Of a DNA stretch of 44,752 nt, positions 21,031 through 30,388 are shown one piece after another. Source of the DNA: a virus (taxonomy: Duplodnaviria > Heunggongvirae > Uroviricota > Caudoviricetes); IMG/VR virus record IMGVR_UViG_2671180296_000008, positions 1 through 44,752 of that record; one strand, written 5' to 3'. Each line of letters starts with the position of its first letter. Positions within the stretch are counted from its first letter, which is position 1. A program made the translations under genes and the position numbers. Below the pieces are notes generated by a model. It was not told the DNA's origin and did no database searches. It worked only from the letters and a program-made list of their open reading frames with translations.

Positions 21031-22530
21031 TTAAGTTCTCCGTGCGATGGGCCTGATTGGGGCTGGTATCTTTTTCTCTTTTGGTTTTTTGATGTCGCGC
21101 ATCATTTTGGCGAAGCGGCGCATCATGTATGCATAGCGAACGGCTGAGAGAACGTCGTCGTTAAGCTTGACGATCTTCCCGTTTTCATCACGGTGATAGA
21201 GGCGGAACTCTTCAAAAAATGGCTCACAGGTGTTGAATACTTTGAAGCGACCATCGAGCATCATGTCGCGCAATTCAGTGATGCCAGGCTCAACAGCATT
21301 ACCGCCATCAGGCCATGTCGCATGCTCATGCAACATCATAAAACCAGCGTCCGCGTACTGCCCTTTAAGCTGCTCACCGCCGCCCTTCTCGTGCTGGTTT
21401 CCGTCATGAGGCCATGCGGTTGGCACTTTATGCGCCCATGATTTAACGGCTCCCCACGCCTGAACGGCTGTTTTTTCTTTCGCCTTCCACACGCGTGAAA
21501 CGTAGATTGTGTCTGCGTCCTTATCCCACCAAAGCTGAACCTGCGCCTGTGGGTGATCCCATCCGAAATCCATCCCGCCAATTACGTAGAAGTGATCAGG
21601 ACACTCGAACGGCTGACACTTAATCGTCTCTTCCGGTATCTGGAAGATTCGACCACTACCCATCGTAGGAATACCGCGAGCACGCGCCTCTCTCTCATGC
21701 TCGGGATAAGATGCGATGATTTGCTCTTTCTGTTCGTCTGTGTAGTGCTCAGCGTCGTAGATGGTCATGTTGACCACTTTCTGCGACTTGCTTGGATTCT
21801 TCAGGAATTTGGTAACAACGTCAGACATCCCCATCAGCGGGGTAAACGTCAGAATTGAGAATTGCCCGTATTTGTTGGTACGGGTAAGACCTTCGCCATA
21901 AATGCTGTATGGTGGCTCTTCGTCAAACCACACGCCGTGGATTGTGTCACCCTGCCAGCGAGCGCGGCCTTGCGAGTATGGTTTGAAGTAGCAGATTGAA
22001 ATGCCATCTTCAACGCCATCAGCCGTGTGATGCTTAACCAGAAGATGATCAACAAGGTTCGGAAAGAAAGGAGACTTCTTCCAGCTAATGATGTCTTCTT
22101 TCGGTATGGAACCGTAGCCAGGTTCATCATTCTCTTCGATACGACCGCACAGGATGCGTTGAGTCGTTTTGGTTACCGTCTCGTTTGTCTCGCCGCCAAT
22201 CCAGAAGACAACAGGCTCATAGAAACGCTTACCTTTCCACTCACCGCCATATTTACCATCAGCAGGATAGCCTTTTGTGCCCGGATAACGCCCGGTAAGG
22301 TGAAACGCGACTTCAGCAGCACCAGTAAATGACTTGCCAAGCTGGTTACCAGCCATAAAACATCGCTCTGGGTAGTCATGTCCGGCGTCGATGAACTCAC
22401 GCTGTTTGCTGTATGGCGTAAATTCATATAGCAGGTGTGTGTTCCGGTAGTTCTCTTCTTCTTCGAGTAGCTCGAGCAACTCGATTTGCTCTTCGTCGCT
22501 CAGGTTATCAAGAATCGCGTCCAGTTCCAC
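21031..22530 (-). CDS. Terminase large subunit, P22 gp2-like
   Basis: 499-aa ORF at the conserved position. Confidence 0.9.
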   Translation of the reverse strand: MELDAILDNLSDEEQIELLELLEEEENYRNTHLLYEFTPYSKQREFIDAGHDYPERCFMAGNQLGKSFTGAAEVAFHLTGRYPGTKGYPADGKYGGEWKGKRFYEPVVFWIGGETNETVTKTTQRILCGRIEENDEPGYGSIPKEDIISWKKSPFFPNLVDHLLVKHHTADGVEDGISICYFKPYSQGRARWQGDTIHGVWFDEEPPYSIYGEGLTRTNKYGQFSILTFTPLMGMSDVVTKFLKNPSKSQKVVNMTIYDAEHYTDEQKEQIIASYPEHEREARARGIPTMGSGRIFQIPEETIKCQPFECPDHFYVIGGMDFGWDHPQAQVQLWWDKDADTIYVSRVWKAKEKTAVQAWGAVKSWAHKVPTAWPHDGNQHEKGGGEQLKGQYADAGFMMLHEHATWPDGGNAVEPGITELRDMMLDGRFKVFNTCEPFFEEFRLYHRDENGKIVKLNDDVLSAVRYAYMMRRFAKMMRDIKKPKEKKIPAPIRPIARRT

Positions 22531-23002
22531 GGTTGAATAGCTCCTTGATACGAGAGCGTCGCTTATCGCGATCTCCCTTATCAGGTGTCACGTCTTCAAC
22601 TTGCGACTGCTCTTTGAGGCCCAAATCACGGGCGATGATGTTAGCGTTGAGAAGGTCAGCGGCTGCGCCAGAGAATTTCTGGTCGTAGATGATGTCTTCC
22701 GCTCGTGATGTGACGTCAGAAAAACCTTCCATTGACCGGAAGGTTCCCCATGTTTGTCTGGTGATATCAAGGAAGGTACACAATCCTGAAATAGTCATGG
22801 CTCGCATCTTAGGGACATTAGCCTTAATTATTTCTCCCTGATATGAAAATACCTTACCCTCCCATAGCGGGTTATCATCAGCCCACTCGAAGTATTCACA
22901 ACAAGCAGCCCACAGCGCCTCAGGCGATTCGAATTTAGGATTTCGCCCATGACTACTGCGGGCCTCCCAAAATCGGTTGCCCTTTGGTGCTGCCATATTC
23001 AT
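22508..23002 (-). CDS. Terminase small subunit, P22 gp3-like
   Basis: ...[38 protein letters not shown]... matches P22 gp3 by recollection; the start may be the ATG at 22996. Confidence 0.85.
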   Translation of the reverse strand: MNMAAPKGNRFWEARSSHGRNPKFESPEALWAACCEYFEWADDNPLWEGKVFSYQGEIIKANVPKMRAMTISGLCTFLDITRQTWGTFRSMEGFSDVTSRAEDIIYDQKFSGAAADLLNANIIARDLGLKEQSQVEDVTPDKGDRDKRRSRIKELFNRGTGRDS

Positions 23003-23031
23003 CTCACTTAGTTGTTATTTCAGGTTGAGCA

Positions 23032-23274
23032 TCATGCTCCGGTAGTGAACAGGTCTAACGCTTCCTTCGATTTACGCACCGCTTCAAATGTGCGGATCGT
23101 GATATCCGAATTAGCGCCGCATGACTGGAAGTGAATTTTGAATAGCTCAAGCTTCAGCTCGTCAGTGCCAATGAACTGAAATGCTTCCTCTGCGGCTGCG
23201 TTCTGGTTCATGACCAGTTTGTAAATCTCTAACTGGAATTTCTGTTCTTCAGTCATGGGAATAATCTCTGCCAT
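23032..23274 (-). CDS. Hypothetical protein upstream of terS
   Basis: 80-aa ORF, not recognised. Confidence 0.45.
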   Translation of the reverse strand: MAEIIPMTEEQKFQLEIYKLVMNQNAAAEEAFQFIGTDELKLELFKIHFQSCGANSDITIRTFEAVRKSKEALDLFTTGA

Positions 23275-23521
23275 TGTTGGCTCCGTTTATCCGTTAAAAG
23301 GGATATCAGTTAAGTTATCCCGTGTAGGGTATAAGCCATTGTCGAGACCACTCATTGAATGGCCTCTGCAATAACCGATGTCTTTCCATCAGTCCGCCAC
23401 CACAAAGAATCTTTTTTGCCATAAGGCAGGAGGTTCATCTTTCAGTGGCTGCCAGTGTTATTTCCCCACTTACTGGCTTGGGTTGTTTCGCTGTACTGCC
23501 GTTAATTGGTGAGTCTGGGGA

Positions 23522-24007
23522 TTATTTCAGTTCGTTACCAGGCATTTCTTTTAGCTCTTTCAAATGACAACGATTGAGACTAAACCACTCCCCGTGCGAC
23601 CTATAGTTGTAATATTTTTGGTGCAATTTGGTTTCAAGCTCTCTATCGGCCGGAATCTTTGCAATTAGATTTAGCTTCCCACCACTCATGCGAGATATCT
23701 CTGAAATCCGTTTATTAACTCTGCGACTAAACCCTATTTTTGTTAGCCCACTATCTTCAGCATGCAGAACGTACACATATGATTTTTGCGAAGCACTGGG
23801 TGCGACTTTGTTGTAATTAATCATGTCAAACATGAAGCCTTGCTTTAGCAAAGTTTCAAAAAAGATAGAATTAACACACCCATTCCTTCTCAGCTCTGCA
23901 CTTAGCTTGTCAATTTCCTCTATGATGTCGCCAGACCCCTTTCCACTTATAAGAAAATCTTGGTACATGCGACCAATTCTTGAGGTAATTTCAACAAAGT
24001 TATTCAT
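23522..24007 (-). CDS. T5orf172/GIY-YIG-like domain protein (moron; candidate nuclease)
   Basis: C-terminal SYVYVLHAEDSGLTKIGFSRRVNKRISEI...HGEWFSL fits the T5orf172 (GIY-YIG-like) pattern by recollection; AT-rich; unrecognised N-terminal ~75 aa. Confidence 0.55.
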   Translation of the reverse strand: MNNFVEITSRIGRMYQDFLISGKGSGDIIEEIDKLSAELRRNGCVNSIFFETLLKQGFMFDMINYNKVAPSASQKSYVYVLHAEDSGLTKIGFSRRVNKRISEISRMSGGKLNLIAKIPADRELETKLHQKYYNYRSHGEWFSLNRCHLKELKEMPGNELK

Positions 24008-24152
24008 AGCGTTTACCTTTTAGAAAGATGAGCCTGTTCGCACAGAAAAGCCGCCCCCGAGATGGTCGCCACCATACACGGCAATTCTCAGGCTCAGCTT
24101 TCTGAAAGACTCGGGATTGTTACGCGCTGCGATGCGCGGTTTACTGCAGATG

Positions 24153-24178
24153 TAAAAAAGCCCCGCGAATGCGAGGCT
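24153..24178 (-). terminator. Candidate rho-independent terminator between Rz and the moron gene
   Basis: Minus-strand GCCUCGC-AUU-CGCGGGGC followed by UUUUUU. Confidence 0.4.
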
Positions 24179-24351
24179 AAATCCTGGTGTTTGTAATGAC
24201 TGGCTCTTATCTCAACGCAGCCCCTTACCGCGCGCCAGATGCTCAATATCAAGCATCAGCAATGAGATGTTTAATCTGGATTCACTCCAGAAGTGATCAC
24301 CATCCTGTCTACAGAGCCAGATGTGAAGGATGATGAGTAAAATTATCGCTA

Positions 24352-24789
24352 TCATCGAAGGCATTGCGTCATGATGTACTCCTGCAGGTAGTTAACCTGC
24401 GCGGTTATCCTGTCGATTCCGCTTCGGAGACGGTAATAATTGAGTTCAGCATCTGCTGTAAGTCTTGGGCTTTCTCCATCGCCCATGCTGCTGGCTCCGG
24501 TCGTTGACTTTGCACAGGTGGCGGCGACTTGCAGCCGCTTACGCCCAGCAGAAACATCATCACGGAGACTTTCGATAGTCGCGTTAGCATCAGCAAGCTC
24601 CTTTGTGTATCTGGCGTCGAGTTCTGCTACATCACGTTGACGCTTCTGCATGTCAGCGATTGTGGATGTGGCCTTATCGCGCTGCTCTTTGTAGGCGATT
24701 GCGTTATCACGGTAATGATTAACAGCCCATGACAGGCAGACGATGATACAGATAACCAGAGCAGAGATAATCGCGGTTACTCTGCTCAT
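24352..24789 (-). CDS. Rz: Spanin inner-membrane subunit Rz (lambda-type)
   Basis: [31 protein letters not shown]... matches lambda Rz by recollection. Confidence 0.85.
   Translation of the reverse strand: MSRVTAIISALVICIIVCLSWAVNHYRDNAIAYKEQRDKATSTIADMQKRQRDVAELDARYTKELADANATIESLRDDVSAGRKRLQVAATCAKSTTGASSMGDGESPRLTADAELNYYRLRSGIDRITAQVNYLQEYIMTQCLR
24405..24596 (-). CDS. Rz1: Spanin outer-membrane lipoprotein Rz1, embedded in Rz in another frame
   Basis: Embedded ORF with LLGVSGC lipobox and Pro-rich segment; start uncertain. Confidence 0.7.
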   Translation of the reverse strand: MLMLTRLSKVSVMMFLLGVSGCKSPPPVQSQRPEPAAWAMEKAQDLQQMLNSIITVSEAESTG

Positions 24790-25262
24790 ACCTCAATCTC
24801 TCTGACCGCTCCGCCAGCTTCTTTGAATTTTGCAATCAGGCTGTCAGCCTTATGCTCGAACTGACCATAACCAGCGCCCGGCAGTGAAGCCCAGATATTG
24901 CTGCAACGGTCGATAGCCTGACGGATATCACCGCGGTCAATCATCGGCAAAGCGCCACGCTCCTTAATCTGCTGCAATGCCACAGCGTCCTGGCTTTTGG
25001 GAGAGAAGTCTTTCAGGCCAAGCTGCTTACGGTAGGCATCCCACCAACGGGAAAGAAGCTGGTAACGTCCGGCGGCTGTTGATTTGAGTTTTGGGTTTAG
25101 CGTGACAAGTTTGCGAGGGTGATCGGAGTAATCAGTGAATAGTTCTCCCCCTACAATGACGTCATAACCATGATTTCTGGTTTTCTGACGTCCGTTATCA
25201 GTTCCCTCTGACCATGCCAGCATATCGAGGAACGCCTTACGTTGATTATTGATTTCCACCAT
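24786..25262 (-). CDS. R: Endolysin R (lambda-type lytic transglycosylase)
   Basis: [39 protein letters not shown]... matches lambda R by recollection. Confidence 0.9.
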   Translation of the reverse strand: MVEINNQRKAFLDMLAWSEGTDNGRQKTRNHGYDVIVGGELFTDYSDHPRKLVTLNPKLKSTAAGRYQLLSRWWDAYRKQLGLKDFSPKSQDAVALQQIKERGALPMIDRGDIRQAIDRCSNIWASLPGAGYGQFEHKADSLIAKFKEAGGAVREIEV

Positions 25263-25569
25263 CTTCTACTCCGGCTTTTTTAGCAGCGAAGCGTTTGATA
25301 AGCGAACCAATCGAGTCAGTACCGATGTAGCCGATAAACACGCTCGTGATATAAGCGAGATTGCTACTTAGTCCGGCGAAGTCGAGAAGGTCACGAATGA
25401 ACCAGGCGATAATGGCGCACATCGTTGCGTCGATTACTGTTTTTGTAAACGCACCGCCATTATACCTGCCGCGAAGGTACGCCATTGCAAACGCAAGGAT
25501 TGCCCCGATGCCTTGTTCCTTTGCCGCGAGAATGGCGGCTAACAGGTCATGTTTTTCTGGCATCTTCAT
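25246..25569 (-). CDS. S: Holin S (lambda-type, dual start)
   Basis: [39 protein letters not shown]... matches lambda S107/S105 by recollection. Confidence 0.9.
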   Translation of the reverse strand: MKMPEKHDLLAAILAAKEQGIGAILAFAMAYLRGRYNGGAFTKTVIDATMCAIIAWFIRDLLDFAGLSSNLAYITSVFIGYIGTDSIGSLIKRFAAKKAGVEDGGNQ

Positions 25570-26031
25570 GTCTTACCCCCAATAAGGGGATTTGCTCTAT
25601 TTAATTAGGAATAAGGTCGATTACTGATAGAACAAATCCAGGCTACTGTGTTTAGTAATCAGATTTGTTCGTGACCGATATGCACGGGCAAAACGGCAGG
25701 AGGTTGTTAGCGCAACCTCATGCCACCCGCTTTCACGAAGGTCATGCGTAGAAGGCCGCAGCATAACTATCACTGATGAGTTCAGGATAGCCAGTGGCTA
25801 CGGCTCAGTTTGGGTTGTGCTGTTGCTGGGCGGCGATGACGCCTGTACGCATTTGGTGATCCGGTTCTGCTTCCGGTATTCGCTTAATTCAGCACAACGG
25901 AAAGAGCACTGTATGTTGCCGGGCCAGATGTCGGCTGCACAGGGAGTCATTGCCGACCCACGCCCTAAACACGCTCGTAAATGCGCTTAGGGTTGTCTCC
26001 CCTGGTATCCAGTTATTCCCCGGCTGGGGAT

Positions 26032-26085
26032 ACTCCGCGCGACGCTAATGCGTTTCGTCCCTCATGGACTCGTCAGGCGCGCAAT
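26032..26085 (-). ncRNA. Hammerhead ribozyme motif, type-I topology (stems II and III closed, stem I open)
   Basis: Minus-strand RNA UUGCGCGC-CUGACGA-GUCC(AUGAG)GGAC-GAAA-CGC(AUUA)GCG-UC|GCGCGGAGU; all conserved core positions present; predicted cleavage after GUC between plus coordinates 26041 and 26040. Confidence 0.6.
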
Positions 26086-26354
26086 GCTCTTACCTGTTGT
26101 GTGCCCATTATTAATCACACCGGGCCAGTGCGCCGAATTTGTTTACAAGGAGTCGGAAGACCTTGCTGACTTACAGGCTATTACGCCGCCATCAGAACAA
26201 CATCATCGTTTGCATTTATCTTTGTGGTCAGTTTCTAAAAAACCGCAAAGTCGCCAACTCTGACGAAAACTATCGTTGTGCTGCCACAACGATAAGAGCA
26301 CTCGGTGCATTTAAGCCAAGCCCCATAAGGGAGAATGCTCTTACCTGTTACACA

Positions 26355-26418
26355 GATATAAAAAATCCCGAAACCGTTATGCAGGCTCTAACTATTACCT
26401 GCGAACTGTTTCGGGATT
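26355..26418 (-). terminator. tR'-like terminator of the short 6S leader transcript
   Basis: AAUCCCGAAAC ... GGUUUCGGGAUUUUUUAU hairpin plus U-run, positioned as in lambda downstream of pR'. Confidence 0.55.
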
Positions 26419-26558
26419 GCATTTTGCAGACCTCTCAGCCTGCGATGGTTGGAGTTCCAGACGATACGTCGAAGTGACCAACTAGGCGGAATCGGTAGTA
26501 AGCGCCGCCTCTTTTTATCTCACTACCACAACGAGCGAATTAACCCATCGTTGGGTCA

Positions 26559-26587
26559 AATTTACCCAACTTTATTCAATAAGTCAA
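26559..26587 (-). promoter_or_regulatory. Late promoter pR' (-35 TTGACT, 17-bp spacer, -10 TAAATT); Q-utilisation region nearby
   Basis: Minus-strand TTGACTTATTGAATAAAGTTGGGTAAATT immediately downstream of the Q gene. Confidence 0.6.
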
Positions 26588-26629
26588 TATCATGCCGTTA
26601 ATATGTTGCCATCCGTGGCAATCATGCTG

Positions 26630-27253
26630 CTAACGTGTGACCGCGTTCAAAATGTTGTCTGCGATTGACTCTTCCTTGTGGCATTGCACCACCAGAGCGT
26701 CATACAGCGGCTTAACAGTGCGTGACCAGGTGGGTTGGGTAAGATTTGGGATTAGCATCGTCACAGCGCGATATGCGGCGCTTGCTGGCATCCTTGAATA
26801 GCCGACACCTTTGCATCTTCCGCACTCTTTCTCAACAACTCTCCCCCACTGCTCTGTTTTGGCTATATCAACCGCACGGCCTGTACCGTGGCAATCTCTG
26901 CATCTTGCGCCCGGCGTCGCGGCACTACGGCAATAATCCGCATAAGCGAATGTTGCGAGCACTTGCAGTACCTTTGCCTTAGTATTTCCTTCGAGCTTTG
27001 CCACACCACGGTATTTCCCCGATACCTTGTGTGCAAATTGCATCAGATAGTTGATAGCCTTTTGTTTGTCGTTCTGGCTGAGTTCGTGCTTACCGCAGAA
27101 TGCAGCCATACCGAATCCGGCTTGTGATTGCGCCATCCCCATAGCAGCCATCACATCAGTACCGGAAAGAGAGTCAGAAGCCGTGGCCCGTGGTGAGTCG
27201 CTCATCATCGGGCTTTTTGGCGAATGAAATTTAGCTACGCTTTCGAGTCTCAT
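26630..27253 (-). CDS. Q: Late antiterminator Q (lambda-type)
   Basis: [52 protein letters not shown]... matches lambda Q by recollection. Confidence 0.9.
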   Translation of the reverse strand: MRLESVAKFHSPKSPMMSDSPRATASDSLSGTDVMAAMGMAQSQAGFGMAAFCGKHELSQNDKQKAINYLMQFAHKVSGKYRGVAKLEGNTKAKVLQVLATFAYADYCRSAATPGARCRDCHGTGRAVDIAKTEQWGRVVEKECGRCKGVGYSRMPASAAYRAVTMLIPNLTQPTWSRTVKPLYDALVVQCHKEESIADNILNAVTR

Positions 27254-27915
27254 GCGCCTTCTCCCTGTACCTGAATCAATGTGAGGTTTCCGCAGAACAC
27301 TGCGCCGGTATCGATATACATCTGGTTGGCAAACTTGAGTGGTTTCACTGCTGGCGTATGACCAAAGATGAACGTGTCCGCGCCTTTGATTTCTTTCACG
27401 ATCCCGTCTTGTGAGTTGCTGATTCGTTCGCGGTTCCAGATTGCCTGCTGATGATCAACTGGCTTTCCAAACTCGTATTCGTCACAAGGATAATCGGCGT
27501 GGCAGATGACATATTTTTTATCTTTGCTCACCAGTTCGATGATTAACGGAAGTTCATCTGCTTTATGGGCAAGAGCTTTAGCCAGAATTTCTTTGTCGTA
27601 ATCGAGATTAAAGAACCAGCCACCGCCATTAAGCAGCCAGTGATTAACGTTTCCACGCTCTGATAAGCCATCAATCATCATTTGCTCATGGTTTCCACGT
27701 ACAGCTCTGAACCAGGGGAATGTGATTAATTCCAGGCATTCGACGTTCTCTGTACCGCGATCAACCAAATCGCCCACTGAGATAAGCAGGTCTTTTTTGG
27801 TGTCGAATCCTATCGTCTCCAGTTTTTTCATCAGGTTCGTGTAGCATCCGTGCAGATCGCCAACTACCAAAATATTTCGGTATTTGCTGCCATCAATTTT
27901 TTCGTAATAGCGCAT
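27250..27915 (-). CDS. Ser/Thr protein phosphatase (lambda NinI / orf221-type)
   Basis: [29 protein letters not shown]...GNHE metallophosphatase motifs; start at ATG 27915, ORF-track extension rejected. Confidence 0.9.
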   Translation of the reverse strand: MRYYEKIDGSKYRNILVVGDLHGCYTNLMKKLETIGFDTKKDLLISVGDLVDRGTENVECLELITFPWFRAVRGNHEQMMIDGLSERGNVNHWLLNGGGWFFNLDYDKEILAKALAHKADELPLIIELVSKDKKYVICHADYPCDEYEFGKPVDHQQAIWNRERISNSQDGIVKEIKGADTFIFGHTPAVKPLKFANQMYIDTGAVFCGNLTLIQVQGEGA

Positions 27916-28099
27916 CTCTTTCACTCCATCCGCGATGAACCATGAGAACGTCGTTGACGATGGCGTGCATTTTCCCGTCTTTATCATCAACGTATTTTCT
28001 GACCGTACCGCGACTACATTTCAGTCTGCGTGCTACTTCTGTCTGGTTTCCGTATGCTTCAACGAGCATGTCTGGAATGGTTTTTACTGAGAACGTCAT
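27893..28099 (-). CDS. ninH: NinH
   Basis: 68-aa [40 protein letters not shown]... (HTH) at the lambda NinH position. Confidence 0.8.
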   Translation of the reverse strand: MTFSVKTIPDMLVEAYGNQTEVARRLKCSRGTVRKYVDDKDGKMHAIVNDVLMVHRGWSERDALLRKN

Positions 28100-28707
28100 G
28101 CGGCCTCACTTCTGCTATTTCGTAGGTCTTTGAGTTTCTGTTGGTACTCTGCCTTGATCGCCTTGCACTCTTCGATAGTCCAGCGATGGCGGTTATGGTT
28201 TGATTCGATTTCGTCTACTGCTTCCTGCCCGATGCGGCTAATCAGTTCGACGCGATACGGAACGAGATTTCCGCTTTTGTGCTGGTTGCACACCACGCAT
28301 TGCTTGTGAATATTGCGTTCATCAAATCGGAGTTGAGGTGCCGCAGCAGTTGTCCGGTAATGCCCGGCATCCCACTGAGCAGACGTGAGCGTTCCGCACG
28401 AGATACATGGTAAGTCGCGGTCTCTTTCTCTGATGAAGGCGTTTACGGCTTGTTGGGCTTGTTTAATCCAGTAACTGCGGGGCTTTAAGGCGAGTTTTCG
28501 AATCTTAAGTTTATCTTTCTGTTTCTGCTCCTCTCGTCGTCGTTTCTTCTCTGCTGCCTTTTCCGCTTTTTCGCGTTCTTTGCTTCGTCGTTCGAGTGCT
28601 ATCTTGGTTCCACACTCTGGAGAGCACCACCACTGATTAGCGAATGCAGGGTGAAACCATTCCCGACATTCTTCGTTTTTACATCGTCTTCGCGCTGGTT
28701 TAGCCAT
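28096..28707 (-). CDS. ninG: NinG / Rap recombination-promoting endonuclease
   Basis: [41 protein letters not shown]... matches lambda NinG by recollection. Confidence 0.85.
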   Translation of the reverse strand: MAKPARRRCKNEECREWFHPAFANQWWCSPECGTKIALERRSKEREKAEKAAEKKRRREEQKQKDKLKIRKLALKPRSYWIKQAQQAVNAFIRERDRDLPCISCGTLTSAQWDAGHYRTTAAAPQLRFDERNIHKQCVVCNQHKSGNLVPYRVELISRIGQEAVDEIESNHNRHRWTIEECKAIKAEYQQKLKDLRNSRSEAA

Positions 28708-28876
28708 CGTCTTCTTCCTCGTACATTGAGCTATTCGGATCGCTCATCAGTTCTGCGCAGCAGTGCTCACACATGTGAACTTCCAGCACATGCAGCTTCT
28801 GACCGCAGTTAGCGCACGTTAAAGCCCGCTCGACGCTTTCTTTCTGGTATTGAAGGGATTGGGATGGGCTAAGCAT
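28700..28876 (-). CDS. ninF: NinF (58 aa, Cys-rich)
   Basis: Translated by hand: [58 protein letters not shown]; below the ORF-track length cutoff; stop overlaps the ninG start. Confidence 0.7.
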   Translation of the reverse strand: MLSPSQSLQYQKESVERALTCANCGQKLHVLEVHMCEHCCAELMSDPNSSMYEEEDDG

Positions 28877-29237
28877 TATTGGCGTCCTGCATCATGAGAA
28901 AGACAATCATGGCGGCGCGGAGAACATTTTCATGCTCATGCACCCAAATAGGGTTGGCAGAAGCACCGTGCAAACCGCTTTCGTTCCAGTCCCAGAGAAT
29001 GTTAACTCTGTTATCATCAATAATCGGCCATGCGTCTGCTGGGTTTGCGCATGGGTTAAAGGATCCGCGCTCAACTTCTACTTCAACTGCGTCTCCGTTC
29101 ACAATGTCTCCCTCAAATGAGACAAACACCATATCGCCATTCTCACCTTCTTTGTAATCCGGTGATCCGTTATGAATGGCTTCGAATACCGCCACGTTAA
29201 TTTCAAAATCACTTAACTGTGAATAATCCATTGTCAT
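28869..29237 (-). CDS. nin-region protein of unknown function (possibly NinX-like)
   Basis: Start ATG 29237 overlaps the ninE stop (ATGA); acidic 122-aa product; family assignment uncertain. Confidence 0.45.
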   Translation of the reverse strand: MTMDYSQLSDFEINVAVFEAIHNGSPDYKEGENGDMVFVSFEGDIVNGDAVEVEVERGSFNPCANPADAWPIIDDNRVNILWDWNESGLHGASANPIWVHEHENVLRAAMIVFLMMQDANNA

Positions 29238-29410
29238 TTCCTCGCACGATGTCTTAGCCACCGGATATCCCACAGGTGAGCCGTGTAGTTGAAGGTTTTT
29301 ACGTCAGATTCTTTTGGGATTGGCTTGCGTTTATTTCTGGAGCGCTTCGTTGGAAGGTATTTGCAGTTTTCGCAGATTATGTCGGTGATGCTTCGTCGCT
29401 GTCGTCTCAT
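29234..29410 (-). CDS. ninE: NinE-like protein
   Basis: [51 protein letters not shown]...; start at ATG 29410. Confidence 0.65.
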   Translation of the reverse strand: MRRQRRSITDIICENCKYLPTKRSRNKRKPIPKESDVKTFNYTAHLWDIRWLRHRARK

Positions 29411-29817
29411 TCGTACCTCCTGTCGGTAAATCTGACACCCTGACCAATAGCCCATGCTGTCGTGTACTCAATCAGACTTGCCATACGCTTCACACTCATC
29501 TGCGCGCTGCTTTCGCGAATGTTGACGCATTCGCCTTCAAGCCCGGGTAAAACATCAGCTTCCTGTTTCGTTGCCACTGCATGACCGCTTATCAACAAAA
29601 CCTTCCATTGTTCTGGTTTTAACCATTTGCCGCGCCACTGAACTTGCCTAGCGATATCTGCGACCATCGCGTGAAATTTTGCGTTCTGGTCAAGGTTGCG
29701 CTTGTAGTCAGTAATGCGGATGGTAACTGGCTTGTCTTTATCGAGTGGTGTTGCGAGGATGGCGTTGATTGCGGCTTGCTGTTGTTGCTTAGTTCGGAGG
29801 AAGATTGTTTGCTTCAT
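29407..29817 (-). CDS. ninB: NinB/Orf-family recombination mediator
   Basis: 136-aa ORF ...[27 protein letters not shown]... resembles the NinB family by recollection. Confidence 0.7.
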   Translation of the reverse strand: MKQTIFLRTKQQQQAAINAILATPLDKDKPVTIRITDYKRNLDQNAKFHAMVADIARQVQWRGKWLKPEQWKVLLISGHAVATKQEADVLPGLEGECVNIRESSAQMSVKRMASLIEYTTAWAIGQGVRFTDRRYE

Positions 29818-29819
29818 CG

Positions 29820-30107
29820 TTACTCCTTCACTTTGACTCCAGCAGCGCGGATGTTTTCCTCATAAGCATCCATTGCATCACCGAAGCCATTGGAATAATC
29901 AACAGTAAACCCTTTGGATAATGCTTCTCTGCTGTCGATAAACTTTGGCGCGGTTATTTCAATAGCTGCGCGAGATGCCTGCCATGCCCTCCATGCCATT
30001 TCCGTGGATGAATAAACATACCCGCAATCACCATATGCAAGGCTTAAATTTTGCTTTTTCGCGAACTCCAAAAACTGCTTTCTTGATTCGTCCATATCAC
30101 TCTCCAT
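29820..30107 (-). CDS. Hypothetical protein
   Basis: 95-aa ORF in the nin/replication junction; start uncertain. Confidence 0.45.
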   Translation of the reverse strand: MESDMDESRKQFLEFAKKQNLSLAYGDCGYVYSSTEMAWRAWQASRAAIEITAPKFIDSREALSKGFTVDYSNGFGDAMDAYEENIRAAGVKVKE

Positions 30108-30122
30108 CGATGATTTTTTGGG

Positions 30123-30305
30123 TTACCAACAATATTTGATAGTCGCCATAATTATCGGTAGCAACGCGCAGACAACTGAAAACCGTAAAACAAAACCTAC
30201 TCCCAATATGCGATATCCATTATTCCAGAGAACAAAACTCATCATCAGAAGGAATCCATGAAAAATCGCGACAAGAAATAAACTACAAATAAATGCATTT
30301 ACCAT
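30123..30305 (-). CDS. Hypothetical small hydrophobic membrane peptide (60 aa)
   Basis: MVNAFICSLFLVAIFHGFLLMMSFVLWNNGYRILGVGFVLRFSVVCALLPIIMATIKYCW; AT-rich; could be non-coding. Confidence 0.3.
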   Translation of the reverse strand: MVNAFICSLFLVAIFHGFLLMMSFVLWNNGYRILGVGFVLRFSVVCALLPIIMATIKYCW

Positions 30306-30388
30306 CGGTACTTACCCCTCGCTCTTAATCCAATAAAAAAGGGCTACTGTGTAAATAGCCCCTGTTATTAGCTCAGTGATGTAGATGG

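Noticed and set aside
26083-26349. Possible CRISPR-like array suggested by the exact 16-nt direct repeats
   Set aside because: There are only two copies, no cas genes, and the repeats have inverted partners that predict RNA stem-loops. Interpreted as a structured RNA module instead.
25981-26477. Plus-strand ORFs in the Q-S intergenic region (25981-26169, 26048-26263, 26139-26477)
   Set aside because: They lie antisense to the late-operon leader, have no recognisable RBS or homology, and overlap the structured RNA region. Treated as spurious.
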